A stretch of DNA of 64,000 nucleotides from Bacteroidota bacterium (lineage in GTDB: Bacteria > Bacteroidota > Bacteroidia > Flavobacteriales > Schleiferiaceae): the NCBI GenBank assembly GCA_003385605.1, contig QQUU01000038.1:18182-82181 (forward strand), in the 5' to 3' direction. Below, piece by piece: positions 38,152-49,300 of this stretch. The notes below the pieces were generated by a model, which did no database searches, was not told the DNA's origin, and saw only the letters and a list, made by a program, of their open reading frames with translations. The stretch's first letter is position 1. Every line of letters begins with the position of its first letter. A program made the position numbers and the translations under genes.

Positions 38152-39396
38152 ATGGAAAATCAGGCGATTATCGAAAGCTTCCTCGCTTTTAAAGAGGAAA
38201 AGAACATCGACAGAACCACTTTGATGGCCTTCATTGAGGAGGCGTTCCGCAACCAGTTGCGTAAGAAGTACGAGACCGATGAAAACTTTGATGTTATTGT
38301 AAACCCGGATAAGGGTGATTTGGAAATCTGGCACAACAGAACGGTAGTTGAAGACGGTGCTGTTGAAGATGAGAACCAAGAGATTGAGTTGAGTGCTGCA
38401 CTTCGCATCGAACCGGATTACGAGGTTGGTGAAGAAGTTTCTGAAGAGATCAAATTGATTGACCTTGGTCGTCGTTTCATCTTGGCATTCCGTCAAAACT
38501 TGGTCAGCAGAATCCAAGAGCACGACAGTTCAGAACTATTTAAGCGCTACAAAGACCTTGAAGGTGAAATCATCACGGGTGAAGTACACCACGTTCGTCA
38601 CCGTGAGGTAATCGTTTATGACGACGAAGGAAATGAACTAATTCTTCCTAAAGATCAAATGATTGGTGAGCGCGAGTTCTTCCGCAAAGGAGATCCTATC
38701 CGCGCGGTAGTGAAGGAAGTAGTATTCCGCGGTACCAAGCCTGTGGTAATTATGTCTCGCACGGACGAGCGTTTCTTGGCGAAGTTGTTCGAGCAAGAAA
38801 TTCCAGAAGTATACGACGGCCTTATTACTATTAAAGGCGTGGTTCGTATTCCAGGTGAGAAAGCGAAGGTTGCTGTAGAATCTTACGACGACCGTATCGA
38901 TCCTGTTGGTGCCTGTGTGGGTATGAAAGGATCGCGCATTCACAGTATCGTTCGCGAATTGCGCAACGAGAATATTGATGTAATCAACTACACCAATAAC
39001 CTACAACTCTACATCCAACGCGCATTGAGCCCAGCGAAGGTAACCTCATTGAACATTGATGAGGATAACCGTCGCGTTGAAGCTTTCTTGGCTCCGGATC
39101 AAGTGAGTTTGGCTATTGGTCGTGGAGGTACTAACATCCGCTTGGCAAGTAAACTGGTAGACATGGAAATAGATGTTTACCGCGATGATATCGAAATCGA
39201 AGATGATATCGAACTAGATCAGTTCAGCGATGAGATCGAAGGTTGGATCATCGACGAGCTAAAGAAAATTGGATGTGATACTGCGAAGAGCGTATTGAAG
39301 TTGACAAAAGAAGAATTGGTTTCAAGAGCCGATTTGGAAGAGGAAACTGTAGAAAACATCGTCTCAATTCTCAAGCAAGAATTCGAGGAAGAATAA
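38152..39396 (+). CDS. nusA: Transcription termination/antitermination factor NusA
   Basis: 414 aa with S1 and tandem KH domains (GACVGMKGSRIHSIVREL, LAIGRGGTNIRLASKL). Confidence 0.95.
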   Translation: MENQAIIESFLAFKEEKNIDRTTLMAFIEEAFRNQLRKKYETDENFDVIVNPDKGDLEIWHNRTVVEDGAVEDENQEIELSAALRIEPDYEVGEEVSEEIKLIDLGRRFILAFRQNLVSRIQEHDSSELFKRYKDLEGEIITGEVHHVRHREVIVYDDEGNELILPKDQMIGEREFFRKGDPIRAVVKEVVFRGTKPVVIMSRTDERFLAKLFEQEIPEVYDGLITIKGVVRIPGEKAKVAVESYDDRIDPVGACVGMKGSRIHSIVRELRNENIDVINYTNNLQLYIQRALSPAKVTSLNIDEDNRRVEAFLAPDQVSLAIGRGGTNIRLASKLVDMEIDVYRDDIEIEDDIELDQFSDEIEGWIIDELKKIGCDTAKSVLKLTKEELVSRADLEEETVENIVSILKQEFEEE

Positions 39397-39415
39397 GAAA
39401 CACTAAAGATACTCT

Positions 39416-42139
39416 ATGAGTAGCGTCAGATTAAGTAAGGCCACCAAGGAACTCAACATCTCTTTAGATAGAGCGGTTGAAGAATTGGCAAAAAATGGCC
39501 ACGACATTCCAAACAACCGTAATACCAAGATCACGGAGGAGCAGTACGGCGTACTGAAAACTGCCTTTGCAGATGATCTTGAGCGGAAAAAAGCTGCCGA
39601 AGAGGTGAGCCAGCAGTCGAAGGAGGAAAAAGAAGTTCTTCGTGGCGGTGCTGAGGAGGTTGAAGCTCCTGCTCCTGTAGTCGAGGCACCGAAGGAAGAG
39701 CCAGCACCTGTGGCTGAGGCACCGAAAGAGGAGCCAAAGGCAGAAGAAAAAGCAGAAGCTCCTGCGCAAGAGGAACCTGCAGGCGGCTTGAAGGTGATGG
39801 GCAAGATTGATCTTGACGCTCAGAAGCCAAAGAAAAAGGCAAAGCCGGCAGCAGCTGAAGCACCGGCAGAGAACAAGAGTCACAAGCCTACAGAGAAGGG
39901 GCCGAAGAAAGCCGGTGGTGGCGCGAAACTAAAAGAGCAAGCGCCAACCAAGAAGGCTGAGGAAAAAGCAGAGGCGGCTAAGCCTGCTGATGCTGAAATC
40001 AAAACCAAGTACGTAAAGATTGACGGTCCTAAGTTCACTGGTCAGAAGATTGAACTTCCGGTCGAAAAGCCAAAGACGCCGAAAAAGAAGCGTACTCGTA
40101 TTAAAACTCAGGGACCGAGCGGTGCTACTCCAGCACAAGCGGATCCTAGAAGCAGAAACCAACGTGGAGGTAATAACCAAAACCGCGGTAAAGGGAAAGG
40201 CCGTCGCAATCAACCTGTAGTTCAAAAGCAGGAGTTGACTGATGAGCAAATCCAAAAACAAATTAAGGAGACCTTAGAGAAACTTACTTCTGGTAAGAAA
40301 AATAAGGGTGCTAAAATTCGCCGTGATAAGCGTGCTGAGCGTCGTGAAAAAGAAGAGCTCAGAGACATGCAGGCTGCGGAGGAAAGCAAAGTATTGAAGG
40401 TAACAGAATTCGTTACAGTTACTGAGCTTGCCAACATGATGGAGGTAAGCGTCAATGACGTTATTGGCTCATTGATGGGCGTAGGCGTCATGGTAACTAT
40501 GAACCAACGTCTTGATGCAGAAATGCTGGAGATGGTGGCTGAAGAATTCGGCTTCGGTGTCAACTTCGTCGATGAAGAGGTAACAGAAACGTTCCAAGAA
40601 GAAGAGGACAAAGAAGAAGACTTGAAACCACGTTCACCTATTGTAACGGTGATGGGTCACGTTGACCACGGTAAGACGTCGCTTTTGGATTATATCCGTA
40701 AAGCCAACGTAATTGCTGGTGAGGCAGGGGGAATTACTCAGCACATCGGTGCCTACAACGTGAAAGTTCATACCGGTCAGACCATTACCTTCCTAGATAC
40801 TCCGGGTCACGAAGCCTTTACGGCGATGCGTGCTCGTGGTGCACAAGTAACGGATATTGCCATTATCGTAGTAGCAGCGGATGATGCCGTGATGCCACAG
40901 ACAAAAGAAGCAATCTCTCACGCTCAAGCTGCGGGGGTTCCAATCGTTATTGCGATCAACAAAGTTGACCGTGAGGTGGCGAATCCAAACAAGATTATGG
41001 AGCAGCTTTCTCAAGAGAACATCTTGGTGGAAGATTGGGGTGGTCCTATCCAGTGTCAGCAGATTTCTGCGAAGACGGGTTTGAACATCGAAGAGCTTCT
41101 TGATAAGGTACTTCTCGAAGCAGAAATGCTCGATTTGAAAGCTAACCCAGATAAGAACGCTAGCGGTACGGTAGTAGAGGCCTCTTTGGATAAAGGTCGC
41201 GGTTACATGTGTACAGCACTCGTTCAAGCGGGTACCATGAAGGTTGGAGATTACGTTCTAGCGGGTCAGTACTCTGGTAAGGTGAAAGCGATGCTCGATG
41301 AGCGTGGCAACCGCATCAAAGTGGCAGGCCCATCGACGCCAGTAAACCTCTTAGGTTTGGATGGTGCGCCTACTTCAGGTGATAAGTTTATCATTATGGA
41401 AGACGAGCGCGAAGCGAAGCAGATCGCAGCGAAGCGTCTGCAGTTAATGCGTGAGCAGAGCGTACGTTCGCAGAAGAAGATGACTCTTGAAGAAATTGGT
41501 CGTCGTCTGCAAGTAGGAGATTTCAAAGAATTGAACATTATCCTTAAGGGTGATGTGGACGGTTCAGTTGAAGCACTGTCCGATTCTCTTCAGAAGCTCA
41601 CCACTGAGGAAATCCAGGTCAACATCATTCACAAGGCCGTTGGTCAGATCTCTGAAAGTGATATCCTATTGGCAACAGCATCTGAGGCTATCGTTGTTGG
41701 ATTCCAAGTTCGTCCTTCAGCACAAGCGCGTAAGCTTGCTGAGAAAGAGGATGTGGAGATCAGAATGTATTCTATCATTTACGACGCGATCAACGAAGTT
41801 CGCGATGCGATGGAGGGTATGTTGAGTGCAGAGATGAAAGAGGAAATTAAAGGTGCTGCAGAGATTCGCGAGACCTTTAAAATCTCGAAAGTGGGTACCA
41901 TCGCAGGTTGTATGGTCACCGAAGGCACCATCGAGCGCAATCACGATGTACGTGTAATTCGCGACGGTGTGGTAGTGTACACAGGAAAACTAGGTTCTTT
42001 GAAACGCTTCAAAGACGATGCGAAAGAAGTTCGCCAAGGGTTTGAATGTGGTTTGAACATTGCCAATTTCAATGACATCAAAGTAGGCGACGTTGTCGAA
42101 GCCTACGCAATGGTTGAGGTGAAGCGTACGCTTGGCTAA
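39416..42139 (+). CDS. infB: Translation initiation factor IF-2
   Basis: 907 aa with a low-complexity Lys/Glu/Ala/Pro N-region and G-domain motifs [20 protein letters not shown] and NKVD. Confidence 0.95.
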   Translation: MSSVRLSKATKELNISLDRAVEELAKNGHDIPNNRNTKITEEQYGVLKTAFADDLERKKAAEEVSQQSKEEKEVLRGGAEEVEAPAPVVEAPKEEPAPVAEAPKEEPKAEEKAEAPAQEEPAGGLKVMGKIDLDAQKPKKKAKPAAAEAPAENKSHKPTEKGPKKAGGGAKLKEQAPTKKAEEKAEAAKPADAEIKTKYVKIDGPKFTGQKIELPVEKPKTPKKKRTRIKTQGPSGATPAQADPRSRNQRGGNNQNRGKGKGRRNQPVVQKQELTDEQIQKQIKETLEKLTSGKKNKGAKIRRDKRAERREKEELRDMQAAEESKVLKVTEFVTVTELANMMEVSVNDVIGSLMGVGVMVTMNQRLDAEMLEMVAEEFGFGVNFVDEEVTETFQEEEDKEEDLKPRSPIVTVMGHVDHGKTSLLDYIRKANVIAGEAGGITQHIGAYNVKVHTGQTITFLDTPGHEAFTAMRARGAQVTDIAIIVVAADDAVMPQTKEAISHAQAAGVPIVIAINKVDREVANPNKIMEQLSQENILVEDWGGPIQCQQISAKTGLNIEELLDKVLLEAEMLDLKANPDKNASGTVVEASLDKGRGYMCTALVQAGTMKVGDYVLAGQYSGKVKAMLDERGNRIKVAGPSTPVNLLGLDGAPTSGDKFIIMEDEREAKQIAAKRLQLMREQSVRSQKKMTLEEIGRRLQVGDFKELNIILKGDVDGSVEALSDSLQKLTTEEIQVNIIHKAVGQISESDILLATASEAIVVGFQVRPSAQARKLAEKEDVEIRMYSIIYDAINEVRDAMEGMLSAEMKEEIKGAAEIRETFKISKVGTIAGCMVTEGTIERNHDVRVIRDGVVVYTGKLGSLKRFKDDAKEVRQGFECGLNIANFNDIKVGDVVEAYAMVEVKRTLG

Positions 42140-42158
42140 TCCATAAGATACAGATACC

Positions 42159-42190
42159 AAAAAGCCCGGCCATCGGCCGGGCTTTTTTAT
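42159..42190. terminator. Bidirectional intrinsic terminator between infB and the convergent symporter gene
   Basis: AAAAAGCCCGGCC-ATC-GGCCGGGCTTTTTT, with an A-tract before the hairpin and a T-tract after it. Confidence 0.85.
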
Positions 42191-42208
42191 GCTTTAAAGT
42201 TTCGGTTT

Positions 42209-44029
42209 CTAGTGCAGAATGAGGGCACCCACAGCAAACAGAGCGCCGTACACAATCCCAATCCCCAGGATCCAATACACAAACAGCTTCAGTGTAGAAG
42301 GTGCCTCAATCTTCTCTGATGGATCCATTCGCATCTCAACAGGCTTCCATGCGCCACCAGGCTGTACGGTCTTGTAAAATTCGACAAGTGTATAGGTCGG
42401 TGTAGGGTTCGTCAAATACATAGTTGCTATCCATGCCACAGTAGTAAACCCGACGGTAAAGAAGAAGCTGTTTGGGAATGCCCAATCAAGCACACTATGT
42501 GCAAGTGCATATCCGACAAAGGGTGCAACGGTAGCTGCAATCTCTGTCCATGCATTGATGCGCCACCAGTACCATCGTAGGATGAGCACAAGCCCTAAGC
42601 CGGCGCCACACTCCATAATGAATTGCCACACCCCTGCAATGCTGTCCATGAAGCTAGTCACTAACAATCCCATAATGGCAAGGATCAAGGTGGTCAATTT
42701 CGAGATGTATAAACTCGTTTTCTTCGGCGCATGTGGATTTATAAATCTTAAGTATCCATCGTTAATGAGATAAGATGCCCCCCAATTCAATTGGGTCGAC
42801 ATGGTCGACATATAAGCGGCAAAGAAGGAGGCCAATAACATCCCTAAAAGCCCCTGCGGCAAGAAGTCACGCATGATAAAGATGTAGCCGAAGCGGTAAT
42901 CTTGGTTGTATTTCACTGCCTGCGGCAATTGCGCTCCATACACCTCTGCCCAGCTTTGAGACCACGTGAGATATTCTGCCTCCTGCACCTCATTCATTGG
43001 TTCGAAATCTGCCTCACCGGCGAGCATTTCGTAGGTGATAAAACGAGGCATGTCCTCCGCAGGATTTCCTTTTGAACCGTAAAGAGCGATGGCACTCAGG
43101 GCCACTAAAATCCACGGCCAAGGGCGTACTGCGTAGTGACCTATCTGAAACAATGCACTCGCTAGAAAAGAAGAGCGTTCGTCTTTGGTTGCCAGCATGC
43201 GCTGCGCGCTGTAGCCGCCACCACCGGGCTCTGCGCCAGGGTACCAGGACGTCCACCAAACCATTCCAAAGAATGCCAAGAAGGAAGCCAGGGTGATTTG
43301 GTAACTGCCCTCACTCGAAGCTTCGCCACCGATGGACGGCAAGAATTTAAACGTTTCTTCAGGCAAGGCCGCTTTGAGCCCTGCTACACCACCCACTTCA
43401 GGGGCGTCTAGAACATAAATGGCCAAAGCAATGGAGCCCGCCATGGCGAGAAGGAATTGGAACACATCCGTATAAACCACTCCTTTCAAGCCACTAAAAC
43501 TTACGTAAACGACAACGCCCAGTAGAGCAGCGCCAGTCCACAGAAAAGCTTCATTATAGGTCAATCCAAAGAACCCTTGGAGTAGGGTGATCATAGCGAC
43601 ATTTACCCAGCCCATGATGAGGACGTTCATGAAGGCGCCGAGGTATACGGCCTTAAAGCCACGAAGCAAGGCAGCGGGCCTGCCCGAGTATCTGAATTCA
43701 ATGAACTCCACCTCTGTCGTAAGTCCGGAGCGGCGCCACAATCGAGCGAAAAAGACTGTGGTGAGCATGCCACCTGCGAGGAGGTTCCACCAAAGCCAGT
43801 TTCCACTGATGCCGTACTGCCCAACCAGCTCTGTAACGGCCAGCGGTGTATCAGCGGCGAAGGTGGTTGCGACCATAGAAATACCGGCGATGTACCAGGG
43901 TAATGACCTGCCGCCGAGGAAATATTCACTGATGGAGGATTTCTTACTGCGGCCGAAATACATTCCGATAAGGACGGTAGCTACGAGCAATGAGATAAGG
44001 ACCGTGAGGTCTATGGTGCTAAGGTTCAT
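42209..44029 (-). CDS. Sodium:solute symporter family (SSF) transporter
   Basis: 606 aa, about 13-15 TM segments, SSF-like N-terminus (EYFLGGRSLPWYIAGISMVATTFAADTPL). Confidence 0.85.
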   Translation of the reverse strand: MNLSTIDLTVLISLLVATVLIGMYFGRSKKSSISEYFLGGRSLPWYIAGISMVATTFAADTPLAVTELVGQYGISGNWLWWNLLAGGMLTTVFFARLWRRSGLTTEVEFIEFRYSGRPAALLRGFKAVYLGAFMNVLIMGWVNVAMITLLQGFFGLTYNEAFLWTGAALLGVVVYVSFSGLKGVVYTDVFQFLLAMAGSIALAIYVLDAPEVGGVAGLKAALPEETFKFLPSIGGEASSEGSYQITLASFLAFFGMVWWTSWYPGAEPGGGGYSAQRMLATKDERSSFLASALFQIGHYAVRPWPWILVALSAIALYGSKGNPAEDMPRFITYEMLAGEADFEPMNEVQEAEYLTWSQSWAEVYGAQLPQAVKYNQDYRFGYIFIMRDFLPQGLLGMLLASFFAAYMSTMSTQLNWGASYLINDGYLRFINPHAPKKTSLYISKLTTLILAIMGLLVTSFMDSIAGVWQFIMECGAGLGLVLILRWYWWRINAWTEIAATVAPFVGYALAHSVLDWAFPNSFFFTVGFTTVAWIATMYLTNPTPTYTLVEFYKTVQPGGAWKPVEMRMDPSEKIEAPSTLKLFVYWILGIGIVYGALFAVGALILH

Positions 44030-44033
44030 GCGC

Positions 44034-44477
44034 CTATTTGCGTTTGCGTTGGAAGAATTGGGTCATGATATCGCCACATTCTTCCTCCATAATTCCTGAG
44101 ATGATTTCCGTCTTCGGATGTAGTTCGCCACCGTGCTCTTTGAAGCCACGTTTGGCATCACTAGCACCATACACGACCCGGCCTATCTGCGACCAAAAAA
44201 GGGCGCCGGCACACATTGGGCAGGGCTCAAGGGTCACGTAAAGGGTGCATTTTTGGAGGTATTTGGCACCTAAATAGTTCGATGCCGCGGTGATGGCTTG
44301 GATTTCTGCATGTGCAGTGACATCCGTGAGTCTTTCTGTAAGGTTATGGGCACGTGCGATGATGCGGCCGCCAGCGGTAATTACAGCGCCTACGGGGACT
44401 TCACCCTCGCTGGCGGCTTGCTGAGCTTCGGCAAGCGCAGCCTTCATAAATATGCTGTGATCATTAAGGTCTATCAT
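44034..44477 (-). CDS. tadA: tRNA adenosine(34) deaminase
   Basis: CDA zinc motifs HAEIQAI and PCPMCAGAL. The start at 44477 (MIDLND) is preferred over the track start at 44531. Confidence 0.85.
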   Translation of the reverse strand: MIDLNDHSIFMKAALAEAQQAASEGEVPVGAVITAGGRIIARAHNLTERLTDVTAHAEIQAITAASNYLGAKYLQKCTLYVTLEPCPMCAGALFWSQIGRVVYGASDAKRGFKEHGGELHPKTEIISGIMEEECGDIMTQFFQRKRK

Positions 44478-44543
44478 CTTCCACGCAAAATAGGGAATTG
44501 GCCCACAAGTTTGGCTATTTTTGCGGTTCAAACAATTAGTACC

Positions 44544-46301
44544 ATGTACAGATCACATACTTGTGGCGAATTGCGCGCCGCACATATTGGACAAACAGTA
44601 ACTCTTGCAGGTTGGGTACAACGCTCGCGTGAATTAGGGGGGATGACTTTCTTGGATTTACGTGACCGTTACGGAATTACTCAGGTTGCTTTCAATGAGG
44701 AGTGGGATGCCGATTTGTTGAAGGAAGCAAGAAAACTAGGCCGCGAGTGGGTGGTACAAATTGAAGGTGAGGTGATCGAGCGTCACAGCAAGAATGCCAA
44801 TATGCCTACTGGTGACGTGGAGATTAAGAGTGCCAAGCTCGTCGTATTGAACGCGGCAAACACACCTCCGTTTACTATAGAAGAAGAAAGTGATGGTGGC
44901 GAAGAACTTCGCATGAAGTACCGCTACTTGGATTTACGTCGCGGTCCGTTACAGCGCAATTTGGCGCTGCGTAACCGAGTGAACATCGAGGTACGCAAGT
45001 ATTTGGATGAGCAAGGTTTTATGGATATTGAAACTCCATTCTTGATCAAATCTACGCCAGAGGGTGCACGTGATTTCGTAGTGCCTTCGCGCATGCAAGA
45101 GGGCAAGTTCTACGCTTTGCCTCAGAGTCCGCAAACCTTTAAGCAACTCTTGATGGTTAGTGGTTACGACAAGTACTACCAGATTACGCGTTGTTTCCGC
45201 GATGAAGATTTACGTGCAGACCGTCAGCCAGAGTTTACACAGATTGACTGTGAGATGGCCTTTGTAGAGCAAGAAGACATTTTGAATACGTTTGAGGGGT
45301 TGTTGCTTCACTTGTTGAAAGACGTGAAAGGTGTTGAAATTGATAGCGTGCCGCGCATGACCTATGCAGAGGCGATGGAGCGCTATGGAAATGATAAGCC
45401 GGACATCCGCTTCGGGATGGAATTGGCCAACCTAAACACACTTACTCAAAACCTAGGTTTCATGGTCTTTGACCAAGCCGAGACTGTATTGGGTATCGCA
45501 GTGCCAGGGGCAGCTTCATGGACGCGTAAGCAGATTGATAAGTTGACCGATTGGGTGAAGCGCCCAGATATCGGCATGAAAGGTATGGTGTACTGTAAAG
45601 TCAATGAGGACGGTACCTACAAGAGTTCTGTAGATAAATTTTACACGCAAGAGCAGCAAGCTGCATGGGCGAAGGCTGCGGATGCGAAGCCAGGCGATTT
45701 GATTTTGATTTTGGCTGGTGAAGAGCGTTTGACGCGCAAGGCAACGTCTGAATTGCGTCTTCACATCGCAGAGGAAATGGGGCTAAGAAACCCTGAGGTA
45801 TTTGCACCGCTATGGGTGATGGATTTCCCGCTATTGGAATGGGACGATGAAACAGAGCGTTACCACGCGATGCACCACCCGTTCACTTCGCCGAAGCCAG
45901 AGGATATTGATTTGATAGATACTGAACCGGGCAAGGTTCGCGCAAACGCGTACGACCTTGTATTGAACGGTAATGAGATCGGTGGCGGTTCTATTCGTAT
46001 CCACGACAGAGCGCTGCAAAGCCGCATGTTCGATTTGCTCGGATTTAGCAAGGAAGAGGCAGAGAAGCAGTTCGGTTTCTTGATGAGTGCCTTTGAATAC
46101 GGTGCACCTCCGCACGGTGGATTGGCTTTCGGTTTTGACCGATTGGTAGCCATCCTTGGTGGTGCTGAGGTCATCCGTGACTTCATTGCCTTCCCGAAAA
46201 ACAATGCAGGTCGCGATGTCATGATTGATGCTCCTGCTACTATTGATGAGGAACAGCTCAATGAGTTAAAGCTCGTAACTACTGCGGAAACGGAGGAATA
46301 G
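44544..46301 (+). CDS. aspS: Aspartate--tRNA ligase
   Basis: [12 protein letters not shown]-terminus. Class II motifs [18 protein letters not shown] and GGGSIRIH. The track start at 44298 is rejected because it overlaps tadA. Confidence 0.95.
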   Translation: MYRSHTCGELRAAHIGQTVTLAGWVQRSRELGGMTFLDLRDRYGITQVAFNEEWDADLLKEARKLGREWVVQIEGEVIERHSKNANMPTGDVEIKSAKLVVLNAANTPPFTIEEESDGGEELRMKYRYLDLRRGPLQRNLALRNRVNIEVRKYLDEQGFMDIETPFLIKSTPEGARDFVVPSRMQEGKFYALPQSPQTFKQLLMVSGYDKYYQITRCFRDEDLRADRQPEFTQIDCEMAFVEQEDILNTFEGLLLHLLKDVKGVEIDSVPRMTYAEAMERYGNDKPDIRFGMELANLNTLTQNLGFMVFDQAETVLGIAVPGAASWTRKQIDKLTDWVKRPDIGMKGMVYCKVNEDGTYKSSVDKFYTQEQQAAWAKAADAKPGDLILILAGEERLTRKATSELRLHIAEEMGLRNPEVFAPLWVMDFPLLEWDDETERYHAMHHPFTSPKPEDIDLIDTEPGKVRANAYDLVLNGNEIGGGSIRIHDRALQSRMFDLLGFSKEEAEKQFGFLMSAFEYGAPPHGGLAFGFDRLVAILGGAEVIRDFIAFPKNNAGRDVMIDAPATIDEEQLNELKLVTTAETEE

Positions 46302-46344
46302 AAGGGCCCGATTTTTGTAGCTTTAGGGTCCTTAACACATCCTT

Positions 46345-49300
46345 ATGCTACGGAAGATTACATTATCGTTAGCCTTTATCGCCGCCACTTTTATTGCCAA
46401 CGCTCAACAGCGCGAATCTAATACCTTGACAGACAAGGAGGTTCGAGAGATGACGTGGGTTGAAGCCATGCAAGATTACCGTGTGAACTTCAATACAGTT
46501 GTCGATAAATTCAACAAAGCACATCGCGGCGTACCTTACGAAAAAGGACACGGTATTAAGCAATTCCGTCGCTGGGAACACATGATGGGCCAGCGTGTGG
46601 ATGAAAATGGTGTACGTCCTCATCCGGGACTTTTGTACCAAGCCATCCAAGGTCAAAACAACCAGAGTACAAACGAATACGGAGAATGGACTGCAATGGG
46701 TCCGTACAATGCGCCTTCTAACGGTGGAATTGGCCGCATCAACAATGTCGCTTTCCACCCGAAGCACAACGATACCATCTATGCAGGTGCTCCTGCAGGA
46801 GGTCTGTGGGTAAGCTACGACGACGGTCAGAGCTGGCAGACCTTTACGGACGAGTTAACTAACATTGGTGTGAGTGATCTAGCCATCGATCCGGTACATC
46901 CTGATACCATGTATTTGGCAACAGGTGATCGCGATGCTGCGGATACCTACAGCTTTGGTCTTTTGAAATCTACGGACGGTGGTGTGACTTGGTCATCAAC
47001 AGGATTGTCCTACAACGTTAATCAGAATTACAGAATAGGTCGCGTAGTCGTGCACCCGGATAGTACCAACATCGTGATAGCAGCGACTAATGGTGGTGTA
47101 TACCGCAGTACGAACTACGGATCAACATTTACTCTCGAAAGAACAGGTGCCTTCTACGGTATAGAAATGGGCCGTGGTGATACAGTTTATGCAACGACTT
47201 CGGGTTCTTCTCCGAAGATTTACCGCTCTGCAGATGCTGGGGACAACTGGACCCAATTAACCAATGGTCTTCCAACTTCTGGTAAGTACCGTTGTGAGGT
47301 AGCAGTTTCAGGTACCCCGGGTAAGTTGTACGTCGTATACGGTGACAGCAACTACGGATACGGCGGTGTCTATCGTTCAACGAACGGTGGAAACAGCTGG
47401 TCTTTGATGAGTTCAACCCCAAACATCATGGGTTGGGCAAACAACGGTTCTGGTTCTGGCGGTCAGGCATGGTATGATTTGACCATTGCCTGTGACCCCA
47501 ATGCTGAAAACACCATCTATGTAGGTGGGGTAAATATTTGGAAGTCGACCAACGGTGGATCAACATGGTCTATTGTCGGTCACTGGTACGGTGCAGGCTC
47601 TACGCCTTACGTGCACGCTGATCACCACCACGCGATCTTCCGTCCAAACACATCGCAGTTGTATGTGGGTACAGACGGTGGAGTGTATAAAACTTCTAAC
47701 GGGGGTTCTTCTTGGTCCGATTTGAACGACGGAATGAACATCACCCAGTACTACAAAATAAGCCAGAGTACCTCAGACTCTTCGTTGGTTTTGGCAGGTG
47801 CCCAGGACAACGGTTCGCACATGCGTTCAACCACTATGAACTGGAGCGAGGTAACCGGAGGTGACGGAATGGACAATGGGGTTGATGCGGTAAATGACAA
47901 CCGCATGTATACTTCGGTGTACTACGGTTCTTTCTACACGAGTAACAACGGGGGTGCATTTTTTAGCCCTATCAATAGCTTGACTCCATCAGGCTCAGGA
48001 AACTGGGTAACACCGTTCCAGGTAGATCCAGTAACAGCGAACACTGCATATGCTGGGTTTAAGAAAATTTGGAAGACGACCAATGCTGGAAGTAGCTGGT
48101 CGGCAACCTCTACCAACAACGTCAACGGAAACTCCAATATTGACGAGTTTGAGATTGCACCGAGCAACACAAACTACATCTATGTATTGATCAACCAAGG
48201 CGTCTATAAATCAACCAATGGCGGTTCGACTTGGTCGACCATTACACCAAGCGGCTCGTTGTCTCCTGGAAATAATGTTTTGGGCATAGCCATTGATCCA
48301 GACGATGAGGATCACATTGCTATTGCGATATCGGGCTTTAACAGCAACAAGAAAGCCATGGAGAGTTTTAACGGCGGACAGAGCTGGACGAACATTTCTT
48401 CTGGTCTTCCTAACGTCCCTGCGACTGCTGTGATTTTTGAAGGAAACAATAGCGACGGTATCTACGTCGGTACAGACATTGGAGTGTATTACAAAAGCTC
48501 CAACTACCCGTCTTGGGTAAGCTTCAACAAGAACTTGCCGAACGTCATTATTAATGACTTTGAGATGTATGCGGATGAATCAATGCTGCGTATTGGTACC
48601 TACGGTCGCGGTGTATGGCAAAGTCCACTGATGGTGGGTCTAAGCACCGTTCCAGAGGCTTCGTTTACTGCAGATCCTGTGAGCACTTGTAGTCTTGGAG
48701 ATACAGTCCAATTGACTGACAACACTTCGGGCCAGCCTACTTCATGGTACTGGCAGATCACACCTTCTACATACAACTTTGTGGGTGGAACCAACGACAG
48801 TTCTCAGTTCCCGCTGATCACATTTACTGCAACGGGTAATTACACGATCTCTTTAACGGCTACCAATACCTATGGAAGTGACGATACAACGCAGTACCAA
48901 GCCATCTCAGTGGGTGGTGCAACTCTTCCTTTTGTTGAAGATTTCGAAAGCGGATTAAGCGGATGGGAAATCATTAACCCGGATAATGGCATGACTTGGT
49001 CGTCGGCGACGGTTGGTGGAACGACGCCAGGGTCTACAGCGATGACAGTGGGTCACTATTCTTACAGCACTACAGGTGCTGTAGACGAGCTCGTTTCTCC
49101 ACCGCTTGATTTCTCAAACGACACTTTGGTAAGCATGACCTTTGAATATGCTTCGGCCTACTATTCTTCGAGCTACAGCGATAGCCTAAAGGTGTATGTA
49201 AGCGACGACTGTGGTTCTTCGTGGGCCGAGGTTGCGGCATGGAGTTCTGCCGATGCGAACTTTAGCACTGCGGGCCAATTGACCAGTTCGTTTGTACCAA

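Noticed and set aside
39403-40611. Several 110-140-aa minus-strand ORFs opposite the infB N-terminal region
   Set aside because: They arise from the repetitive Lys/Glu/Ala/Pro-coding low-complexity region of IF-2. Their translations are Ser/Leu/Phe-rich, with no independent signals.
44298-44543. Upstream extension of aspS (track start 44298), and similar extended starts for the thiolase (7416), pfkA (24096), DUF4399 (14023), tadA (44531), the MFS gene (30859) and the hypothetical gene at 6515
   Set aside because: In each case the conserved N-terminal motif of the family begins right after an internal ATG. The extension overlaps a neighbouring gene, an operator-like palindrome or a terminator hairpin.
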